Part shown: one piece after another, positions 1 through 8,373 of the stretch | Numbering within the stretch: position 1 is the first letter of the stretch | Layout of the letters: every line of letters starts with the position of its first letter | Assembly: GCA_965228895.1 (NCBI GenBank) | Contig: OZ245842.1 | Location: 1,696,001-1,760,000 of the forward strand | DNA length: 64,000 bases | Source of the DNA: Alphaproteobacteria bacterium | GTDB lineage: Bacteria; Pseudomonadota; Alphaproteobacteria; SP197 | Direction: 5' to 3' | Program-made: the position numbers and the translations under genes | Notes under the pieces: model-generated | Told to the model about the DNA's origin: nothing | Seen by the model: only the letters and a program-made list of their open reading frames with translations | Database searches by the model: none

Positions 1-3000
1 ACGCTGCTACAGGATCCTGACGAAAACATCGGTTTGGTCGAGGTCGCGACCAATGTCGCGACCGTAATCTTGAGCGAACTCGGCGCCACGACGACCGTTT
101 CGTCCCTCGACCAGGCGCCAGGCGCCGTCGAAATTCTTGAAGGCGCCGATATCGAAGCGCTCTATCGCGCCGCGCTTGCCACCATGCAGGCGTTGAACGA
201 TGCCAATCTGGGTATCGAGGTCGGTTCTGACGACGGCAGCGGCGACGATGCCCAGCCCGCCGACCCGGACGCCGCTGTGCAAGCCTTTGCCGAGGCAGTC
301 GAGGATCTGTTTGAAGAACTCGCCATCGCGATCGAAGAAGCCGAGGGCGAGGAGAGCGGCGAGGGCGAGGAAGAAACCGGCGCGTCGGCCGGCGACGAGA
401 TCGAGAGTCTGCCGGATAAGGGACGCAACGACGAGACGGGGGAAGCCTCGACGGAAGAGGGCGGCGACACCAACAGCCCACCGGCGGGCGCTGTAACGCT
501 CACCGGCACGTCGGTCGAAGACGCGCTCCTCACGGCAGATGCTTCAGAGATTACCGATGCCGATGGGCTGGGTGAGTTTTCCTATCAGTGGCAGGTTCTG
601 ACCGAGGGCGGTTGGGTCAACGTTGATGGCGCGACAGACGAGACGTTCGCGCCCGGCGACGACCAGGTTGGCGCACCGGTCCGCGTTGTCGTGTCCTATA
701 CGGACGGCGGCGGCACCGCCGAGAGTGTCGCGAGCGATCCGACCGATCCGATCGCCAACATCAACGACGAACCTGAGGGTGATGTTGTTGTTGTCGGCGC
801 CGCGCAAGAAGACTCTCCGTTGTCCGCCGACACGTCGGCACTGAGCGATGACGACGGCCTGGGTGCCTTTAGCTATCAGTGGCAGGCGCTGGTCGGCGGT
901 GTCTGGACCGATATCGGTGGCGCGACCGCTGACACGTTTACGCCCGGTGACGATCAGGTCGGTCAACAGGTGCGCGTTGTCGTGTCCTATACGGACGGCG
1001 AAGGTACAGCCGAGAGTGTCACGAGCGATCCCACCGCGCCGATCGGCAACCTGAACGATCCGCCGGTCGGTGGCGTTGCAATCGATGGCGTGGCTCAGGA
1101 GAACGCGGTCTTGACGGCGGATACCTCGGGTCTGAGTGACGCCGATGGTTTGGGCGCGTTCAGCTACCAATGGCAGGCCCTGGTCGGCGGTGTCTGGACC
1201 GATATCGGCGGCGCGACGGATGATACGTTCACGCCCGACGATCCACAGGTCGGGTCCCAACTACGCGTCGTCGTCAGCTACACCGATGGCAACGGTACGC
1301 CCGAGAGCGTCAACAGCGGCGCGACCGGTCCCGTGACCAACGTCAACGACGAACCGGCCGGCGCGGTCGCCATCCTCGGCGATGTGCAGGAAGACTCGCT
1401 GCTGACAGCCGACGCCTCGGGCTTGAACGATGCCGACGGCATCGGCGCCTTCAGCTACCAGTGGCAGGCGCTGATCGACGGCGTCTGGACCGACATCGCC
1501 GGCGCGACTGATGAGACCTTTACGCCAGACGATGACCAGGTTGGCGACCAACTGCGTGTGGTCGTCTCCTATACGGACGGCGGCGGCAACGGGGAGTCCG
1601 TTGAAAGCGATGCGACCGCGCCGGTCGCCAATGTTAACGACGAGCCCGCGGGCGACGTGACGATCGGCGGTGTGGCCCAGGAGGATTCGCCGCTGACGGC
1701 TGACGCATCCGGCCTGACGGACGATGATGGTTTGGGCGCGTTCAGCTACCAGTGGCAAGCGCTGACTGATGGTGTTTGGACGGACATCGCTGGTGCGACG
1801 GATGATACGTTTACGCCGGGTGATGACGAAGTCGGCGCCCAAATCCGCGTCGTCGTCAGCTATACCGATGGCGAAGGAACTGCCGAGAGCGTCGAAAGCG
1901 CGGCGACCGACCCGGTTGCCAACGTCAACGACGAGCCCGCCGGCGCGGTTGTCGTTGACGGCGTTGCACAGGAAGACAGCGAACTCGCAGCGGACACCGA
2001 TGGTTTGTCGGACGACGACGGTCTAGGCGCCTTTAGCTATCAGTGGCAGGCTCTGGCCGATGGCGAATGGGTCGATATCGCCGGCGCGACCGACGACACG
2101 TTTACGCCCGGTGACGATCAGGTCGGTCAGCAAGTGCGCGTTGTTGTCAGCTACACGGACGGCGAAGGCACGGGCGAGAGCGTGACCAGCGACGCCACCG
2201 AACCAATCGGCAACGTTAACGACGGTCCCGAGGGCGACGTCACGATTGCCGGCCTGACTCAGGAAGATGAGGTTCTCACGGCCGATGCGTCGGGTCTCAG
2301 CGATGCCGATGGATTGGGCGCATTCAGCTACCAGTGGCAGGCGCTGGTCGACGGCGAATGGATCGATATCGCCGGTGCGACAGACGATACGTTTACGCCG
2401 GGTGATGACGAGGTCGGTCAGCAGGTGCGTGTCGTCGTCAGTTACACAGACGGCGAGGGAACCGCGGAAACCGTCGAGAGTGGCCCGACCGCACCGATTG
2501 CCAATGTGAACGACGAACCGGCTGGCGCTGTCACGATTGACGGTGCGGCGCAGGAAGATTCCGTACTCACCGCAAACACCGACGGCCTGACGGACGATGA
2601 TGGTTTGGGCGCGTTCAGCTACCAGTGGCAGGCGCTGGTCGACGGCGAGTGGATCGATATCGCCGGTGCGTCGGATGACACCTTCACGCCGGGCGATGAC
2701 GAGGTCGGTGCGCAGGTCCGCGTTGTCGTCAGCTACACAGACGGCGAGGGAACCGCCGAAACCGTCGAGAGTGACCCGACCACACCGATTGCCAATGTGA
2801 ACGATGATCCTGCCGGCGCGGTGACGATCGATGGTGCTGCCCAGGAAGATTCTGTGCTCACGGCCAACACCGACGGTTTGTCGGACGACGACGGTTTGGG
2901 TGCCTTCTCGTACCAGTGGCAGGCCCTGGTTGATGGCGAATGGACGGACATCGCCGGCGCCACGGACGACACGTTCACACCCGGCGACGATCAGGTCGGG

Positions 3001-6000
3001 CAGCAGTTACGCGTTGTCGTCGACTACACGGACGGCCAGGGGACGGCTGAGTCCGTCGAGAGCGATCCGACGGCGCCGATCGGCAACGAGAACGATCCCC
3101 CGCAAGGCGCGGTGCTGGTTGATGGTGTGGCTCAAGAAGACAGCGAGCTCGCCGCCAACACCGGCGGTCTTTCGGATGACGATGGCCTCGGCGCCTTCTC
3201 GTACCAGTGGCAGGCGCTGGTTGACGGCGAATGGACGGACATTGCCGGTGCCACGGACGACACGTTCACGCCAGGCGATGACGAGGTCGGCGCCCAGGTC
3301 CGTGTTGTCGTCAGCTATACGGACGGCGAGGGAACCGCGGAAACCGTCGAGAGCGACCCGACCGCACCGATTGCTAACGTGAACGATGAACCTGCCGGTG
3401 CTGTCATCATAGACGGTGTCGCACAGGAAGATTCCGTACTCACCGCGAACACCGATGGTCTGTCGGATGATGACGGTCTTGGTGCATTCAGCTACCAATG
3501 GCAGGCGCTGGTCGACGGCGAATGGATCGATATCGCCGGTGCGACGGATGATACGTTTGCGCCGGGTGATGACGAGGTCGGCGCGCAGGTGCGTGTCGTC
3601 GTGAGCTACACAGACGGCGAAGGCACGGCTGAGAGTGTCGAAAGCGCGGCGACCGACCCGGTTGCGAACGTCAACGATGATCCTGCGGGCGCGGTCACGA
3701 TTGATGGCGTGGCACAGGAAGATTCCGTTCTCACCGCGAACACCGACGGCCTTTCGGATGATGACGGTCTTGGTGCGTTCAGCTACCAGTGGCAGGCATT
3801 GCTGGATGGTGAATGGATCGACATCGCCGGTGCGACAGACGATACGTTCACGCCGGGTGATGATGAGGTCGGGGATCAGCTCCGCGTTGTCGTCAGCTAT
3901 ACGGATGGCGAGGGTACGCCTGAAGCAGTTGAGAGCACTGCGACCGATCCGATTGCCAATGTGAACGACGATCCCGCTGGTTCGGTGGTGGTCGATGGCA
4001 CGGCGCAGGAAGATTCCGTACTCACCGCGAACACCGATGGTCTGTCGGATGATGACGGTCTTGGTGCGTTCAGCTACCAGTGGCAGGCGCTGGTTGACGG
4101 TGAATGGATCGATATCGCCGGTGCGACGGACGATACGTTTGCACCGGGTGATGACGAGGTCGGTGCGCAGGTGCGTGTCGTCGTCAGCTACACAGACGGC
4201 GAGGGAGCCGCCGAAACCGTCGAGAGTGACCCGACCGCACCGATTGCCAATGTGAACGACGAACCGGCTGGCGCTGTCACGATCGATGGCGCTGCCCAGG
4301 AGGACTCCGAGCTCACCGCGAACACGGACGGGTTGTCGGACGACGACGGTTTGGGTGCCTTCTCGTACCAGTGGCAGGCCCTTGTCGACGGCGAATGGAC
4401 CGATATCGCCGGAGCGACGGATGATACGTTTACACCGGGTGACGACCAGGTCGGGCAGCAGTTGCGGGTTGTCGTCGACTACACCGACGGCGAGGGCACG
4501 GCTGAGTCCGTCGAGAGCGATCCCACGGCGCCGATCGGCAATGAGAATGACCCGCCTGAGGGTGCGGTTCTGATTGACGGTACTGCCGAGGAAGATAGCG
4601 AGCTCACAGCCAACACTGACGGGTTGTCGGATGACGATGGTCTCGGCGCCTTCTCGTACCAGTGGCAGGCGCTGCTCGACGGCGAATGGATCGACATCGC
4701 CGGTGCGACGGATGATACGTTCACGCCAGGCGATGACGAGGTCGGCGCGCAGGTTCGTGTTGTCGTCAGCTATACCGATGGCGAGGGCACGGCGGAAAGC
4801 GTTGAGAGTGAAGCAACGGAGCCGGTCGCCAATGTGAACGACGAGCCCGCCGGCGCCGTGACAATTGATGGTATCGCGCAGGAAGACGGCGAACTGACCG
4901 CCAACACCGATAGTTTATCCGATGACGACGGACTGGGTGACCTCAGCTATCAGTGGCAAGCGTTCGTCGGCGGCGTGTGGACCGTCATTGCTGGCGCAAC
5001 CAATGCGACGTTCACGCCAGGCGATGATCAGGTCGGACTGCAGTTGCGTGTTGTCGTCGACTACACGGACGGCCAGGGGACGGCTGAAAGCGTCGAGAGC
5101 GCGGCGACCGACCCGGTCGCCAATGTGAACGACGACCCTGCCGGTGCGGTTGTGGTTGATGGCATTGCGCAGGAAGACAGCGAACTCGCGGCCAACACCG
5201 ATGGGTTGTCGGATGACGATGGGCTGGGCGCATTCAGCTACCAGTGGCAGGCGTTGGTCGACGGTGAGTGGGTCGATATAGCCGGTGCGACAGACGACAC
5301 GTTCACGCCAGGCGATGACGAGGTTGGCTCTCAAGTTCGTGTCGTCGTGAGCTATACGGACGGTCAAGGCACAGCGGAAACGGTCGAAAGCGGCCCCACG
5401 GCGCCGATCGGCAACGTGAACGACGAACCCGCGGGTGCGGTGACGATCGGTGGCATCGCGCAGGAAGATTCCGTGCTGACGGCCAACACCGATGCGCTGT
5501 CCGATGCCGATGGCCTCGGTGCGTTCTCTTATCAGTGGCAAGCGCTGATCGACGGCGAATGGACCGACATCGCGGGCGCGACGGACGATACCTTCACGCC
5601 GGGCGACCAAGAAGTCGGCGCGCAGGTCCGCGTGGTCGTGTCTTACACCGATGGCGGCGGCAACGATGAGAGCGTCGAAAGCGCGCCAACCGATCCGATC
5701 GCGAACGTCAACGACGAACCGGCTGGTGGCGTTGGTATTGACGGTGTCGCGCAGGAAGATTCGGTGCTGACGGCCAACACCGGTGATCTGTCGGACGACG
5801 ACGGTCTCGGTGCCTTCAGCTACCAGTGGCAGGCGCTGGTGGACGGCGAGTGGACCGACATCGATGGCGCAACCGATGACACGTTCACGCCGGGCGATGA
5901 TGAGGTCGGCGCACCGGTTCGCGTTGTCGTCAGTTACACCGATGGCGAGGGCACCGCGGAGCAGGTCGAAAGTTCGGCAACCGACCCGATCGCCAATGTC

Positions 6001-8091
6001 AACGACGAGCCTGAAGGCGGCGTTGGCATCAGTGGCGTGGCCCAGGAGGACGCGCCTCTGACGGCTGACACATCGGCTCTCAGCGATGCCGATGGCCTCG
6101 GCGCGTTCAGCTATCAGTGGCAAGTCTTGACCGACACCGGCTGGCAGGACATCGACGGTGCGACCAACGATAGCTTTACCCCCGGTGACGATGAGGTCGG
6201 TTTCCAGCTGCGTGTCGTCGTCAGCTACACCGATGGCGGTGGTAACCTGGAGACTGTCGAGAGTGCCGCCACCGATAACGTCGCCAATGTCAACGATGCG
6301 CCCGAAGGCGACGTTGTCATCAACGGCGAAGCCGAAGAAAACGAAGAGCTCACGGCTGACCCATCGGGTCTGAGCGATGCCGACGGCCTCGGTGCGTTTA
6401 GTTACCAGTGGCAAGTGCTGACTGTGGATGGCTGGGTGAACATCACAGGCGCGACGAACGCCACGTTCACACCCGATGAGGACCAGATCGGATCTCAGGT
6501 GCGTGTTGTCGTCAGCTACACGGATGGTCAGGGCACCGTCGAGACGGTCGAAAGTGCTGCGACCGATGAAATTGTGGGCGAGCCTGGCGAGGTCGATGTC
6601 ATCGTCAACGACGATGGTGAGGCGTTCCTGCAGGGCACGTATGTCGAGTTGGGCATCGCCGCCAATGGTTCGATGGGGACGGTCGGCGCGGCGCCGGACT
6701 CGTTCGAGGCGTCTGACGAACCTGGTTCAGACGGTCTCTCATTCTACGCCAGCAACGCGCCGCTGGCCGACGGCAACAACGGCACTGGCGATGCCTTCTT
6801 GCCCGGCACTCCGGTCGAGAACTTCACGCTGGCGTTTACCGACTCCGAGGGGTCGTTTGTCGGCTCGAACAAGAACGCCGACGATGGCACCGACATCCCG
6901 TTGACGTTGGAAAGCACGTCGTCTGATAACGGTGTTGCGTCGGCGACCATGACGGGCAGTGTCGATGACAAGGTCGAGATCAGCCAGACGGTCAGCCTTG
7001 GCGCCGACGACACCTACTACACAACGACCGTGACAATCACCAACACAGGCGACGAGACGATTACGGGCCTGCGCTACATGCGCAACAACGACCCCGATCA
7101 CGAGGTCGATGTGGAAGGCTCAGACGCCTTCCCGACGATTAACGATGTTCTGTTGAACCCGGATGGCGACGGTGGTGTCGCTGCGGTCAACGCGCTGGGT
7201 CAGTTCAACGGTCAGAGTATCCTGTTGGTGGCCGATCAGTCGGCACTGAACCAGGACAACGGTCTTGACGACGGATCCATCCAGGTTCGTGCATCCGCTT
7301 ACGGTTTTGAGAACCTCGACCCGTTCAACCCCAACGGCTTCGATAACCCGGCTGACCCGGATGGTTCGACCGCGGATATCGGCATCAACCTGGTTTATGT
7401 GCTGCCGGATCTGGAACCTGGTGAGTCCATTACGATCACCTGGGTGACCTCGACCAACAACCCGTCCGACGGCAACGACTATCTGGTCGCCCAGGCGGAC
7501 CAGACGGTGATCGACGGCGGCAACGGGAACGATATCATCCTTGCCGCGCGCGAGGACGTGAGCGAGACCCTGATCGGCGGTAACGGGACCGATGCGCTGT
7601 TTGCCTATAGCACCGGCGCGATCGGCGACATTCTTGTGGGCGGCAATGGCAGCGACTTCCTGAGTAGCGGCGGTGGTGCCGACAGTCTGACCGGTGGCCT
7701 CGGCCCCGATGTCTTCTTCTATGACGATGAGGAGGACGGCCATATTATTGCAAGCAACACGGTCTATTCATCGATCGCGTCGCCGGAAGCCGACACCATC
7801 GTCGATTTCGAAAGCGGGCTGGATGTCATCCAACTGCTCAGCGATGCGTTTGGGGACATGCCTGTCGGCGAACTGGTCGAAGGCGTCAACTTCTCGGTGA
7901 TCGACGAGTCGTACGACGGCACCAATGCCGGCACCAATGCGAACCACGATGCCGGGCAAGGGACTTTCGTCTACTCCGTGTCCGACGGCACCCTGCACTA
8001 CGACGGCAATGGCGCTGATGCCGGTTACACAGCAGTTGCGGCAATGGACCAGCCTGCGGCCTCTGATATCGAAATCGTCTCCAGCACGTGA
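1..8091 (+). CDS. Giant repetitive RTX/T1SS-type surface adhesin (N-terminus outside window): end of FecR-like module, acidic linker, 21 Ig/cadherin-like repeats, head domain, GGxGxD repeats, C-terminal secretion-signal region
   Basis: Frame 1 is open from base 1 (TLLQDPDENIGLVEVAT, matching TLLQDPDGGVGLVEVAT in the next gene), so the TTG at 34 is not the true start. It has 97-aa repeats with NVNDxP linkers and SYQWQ cores, and C-terminal GGNGND/GGNGTD/GGNGSD/GGLGPD nonapeptides. Confidence 0.85.
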   Translation, partial: TLLQDPDENIGLVEVATNVATVILSELGATTTVSSLDQAPGAVEILEGADIEALYRAALATMQALNDANLGIEVGSDDGSGDDAQPADPDAAVQAFAEAVEDLFEELAIAIEEAEGEESGEGEEETGASAGDEIESLPDKGRNDETGEASTEEGGDTNSPPAGAVTLTGTSVEDALLTADASEITDADGLGEFSYQWQVLTEGGWVNVDGATDETFAPGDDQVGAPVRVVVSYTDGGGTAESVASDPTDPIANINDEPEGDVVVVGAAQEDSPLSADTSALSDDDGLGAFSYQWQALVGGVWTDIGGATADTFTPGDDQVGQQVRVVVSYTDGEGTAESVTSDPTAPIGNLNDPPVGGVAIDGVAQENAVLTADTSGLSDADGLGAFSYQWQALVGGVWTDIGGATDDTFTPDDPQVGSQLRVVVSYTDGNGTPESVNSGATGPVTNVNDEPAGAVAILGDVQEDSLLTADASGLNDADGIGAFSYQWQALIDGVWTDIAGATDETFTPDDDQVGDQLRVVVSYTDGGGNGESVESDATAPVANVNDEPAGDVTIGGVAQEDSPLTADASGLTDDDGLGAFSYQWQALTDGVWTDIAGATDDTFTPGDDEVGAQIRVVVSYTDGEGTAESVESAATDPVANVNDEPAGAVVVDGVAQEDSELAADTDGLSDDDGLGAFSYQWQALADGEWVDIAGATDDTFTPGDDQVGQQVRVVVSYTDGEGTGESVTSDATEPIGNVNDGPEGDVTIAGLTQEDEVLTADASGLSDADGLGAFSYQWQALVDGEWIDIAGATDDTFTPGDDEVGQQVRVVVSYTDGEGTAETVESGPTAPIANVNDEPAGAVTIDGAAQEDSVLTANTDGLTDDDGLGAFSYQWQALVDGEWIDIAGASDDTFTPGDDEVGAQVRVVVSYTDGEGTAETVESDPTTPIANVNDDPAGAVTIDGAAQEDSVLTANTDGLSDDDGLGAFSYQWQALVDGEWTDIAGATDDTFTPGDDQVGQQLRVVVDYTDGQGTAESVESDPTAPIGNENDPPQGAVLVDGVAQEDSELAANTGGLSDDDGLGAFSYQWQALVDGEWTDIAGATDDTFTPGDDEVGAQVRVVVSYTDGEGTAETVESDPTAPIANVNDEPAGAVIIDGVAQEDSVLTANTDGLSDDDGLGAFSYQWQALVDGEWIDIAGATDDTFAPGDDEVGAQVRVVVSYTDGEGTAESVESAATDPVANVNDDPAGAVTIDGVAQEDSVLTANTDGLSDDDGLGAFSYQWQALLDGEWIDIAGATDDTFTPGDDEVGDQLRVVVSYTDGEGTPEAVESTATDPIANVNDDPAGSVVVDGTAQEDSVLTANTDGLSDDDGLGAFSYQWQALVDGEWIDIAGATDDTFAPGDDEVGAQVRVVVSYTDGEGAAETVESDPTAPIANVNDEPAGAVTIDGAAQEDSELTANTDGLSDDDGLGAFSYQWQALVDGEWTDIAGATDDTFTPGDDQVGQQLRVVVDYTDGEGTAESVESDPTAPIGNENDPPEGAVLIDGTAEEDSELTANTDGLSDDDGLGAFSYQWQALLDGEWIDIAGATDDTFTPGDDEVGAQVRVVVSYTDGEGTAESVESEATEPVANVNDEPAGAVTIDGIAQEDGELTANTDSLSDDDGLGDLSYQWQAFVGGVWTVIAGATNATFTPGDDQVGLQLRVVVDYTDGQGTAESVESAATDPVANVNDDPAGAVVVDGIAQEDSELAANTDGLSDDDGLGAFSYQWQALVDGEWVDIAGATDDTFTPGDDEVGSQVRVVVSYTDGQGTAETVESGPTAPIGNVNDEPAGAVTIGGIAQEDSVLTANTDALSDADGLGAFSYQWQALIDGEWTDIAGATDDTFTPGDQEVGAQVRVVVSYTDGGGNDESVESAPTDPIANVNDEPAGGVGIDGVAQEDSVLTANTGDLSDDDGLGAFSYQWQALVDGEWTDIDGATDDTFTPGDDEVGAPVRVVVSYTDGEGTAEQVESSATDPIANVNDEPEGGVGISGVAQEDAPLTADTSALSDADGLGAFSYQWQVLTDTGWQDIDGATNDSFTPGDDEVGFQLRVVVSYTDGGGNLETVESAATDNVANVNDAPEGDVVINGEAEENEELTADPSGLSDADGLGAFSYQWQVLTVDGWVNITGATNATFTPDEDQIGSQVRVVVSYTDGQGTVETVESAATDEIVGEPGEVDVIVNDDGEAFLQGTYVELGIAANGSMGTVGAAPDSFEASDEPGSDGLSFYASNAPLADGNNGTGDAFLPGTPVENFTLAFTDSEGSFVGSNKNADDGTDIPLTLESTSSDNGVASATMTGSVDDKVEISQTVSLGADDTYYTTTVTITNTGDETITGLRYMRNNDPDHEVDVEGSDAFPTINDVLLNPDGDGGVAAVNALGQFNGQSILLVADQSALNQDNGLDDGSIQVRASAYGFENLDPFNPNGFDNPADPDGSTADIGINLVYVLPDLEPGESITITWVTSTNNPSDGNDYLVAQADQTVIDGGNGNDIILAAREDVSETLIGGNGTDALFAYSTGAIGDILVGGNGSDFLSSGGGADSLTGGLGPDVFFYDDEEDGHIIASNTVYSSIASPEADTIVDFESGLDVIQLLSDAFGDMPVGELVEGVNFSVIDESYDGTNAGTNANHDAGQGTFVYSVSDGTLHYDGNGADAGYTAVAAMDQPAASDIEIVSST
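472..6582 (+). repeat. Intragenic tandem array of 21 x 291-bp (97-aa) units
   Basis: The Tyr codon of SYQWQ lies at 583, 874 ... 6403; (6403-583)/291 = 20 intervals exactly, so there are 21 units with no net indel. Confidence 0.95.
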
Positions 8092-8199
8092 TGTTTTACG
8101 CTGGCCGGCCTCACTAAAAGGCCAGCTAGGCTGCCATATCGTCGCGTTTGCGGGCCTGGCCGTCAGGCATCCGCCCAAATGCCTTCAATTCGGCTCGAT

Positions 8200-8217
8200 G
8201 TGTGACGGCTGACACAC
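8200..8217. promoter_or_regulatory. CRP/FNR-family-like dyad upstream of the short adhesin gene
   Basis: gTGTGA-cggctg-ACACAc; one mismatch to TGTGA-N6-TCACA. Confidence 0.35.
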
Positions 8218-8254
8218 CTGCCCATCTCTACCACCAGCGATAGTCAATCCGGGT

Positions 8255-8277
8255 TTTTCGCATGCGTAATGCGAAAA
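8255..8277. promoter_or_regulatory. Perfect 9-bp inverted repeat, candidate operator
   Basis: TTTTCGCAT-gcgta-ATGCGAAAA, about 100 bp before the ATG at 8374. Confidence 0.45.
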
Positions 8278-8373
8278 GAGCGCTGCTATGGCAAATCCGT
8301 GGGGATACGGATCTGTCGACGTGGTGAGCGCAGATAATAAGGGCCAAAGGCCCAGTCTGAAGGACACACGCGA

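Noticed and set aside
34-36. TTG at 34 as the start of the giant protein
   Set aside because: The frame is open from base 1 and homology to the paralog continues upstream of it.
472-6582. Regular array as CRISPR or non-coding satellite
   Set aside because: In-frame 291-bp coding units with synonymous variation; no repeat-spacer pattern and no cas genes.
8286-8360. c-di-GMP-I riboswitch (GGCAAA + hairpin) before the adhesin
   Set aside because: Lacks the GNRA loop and the downstream GACGCAAAG core.
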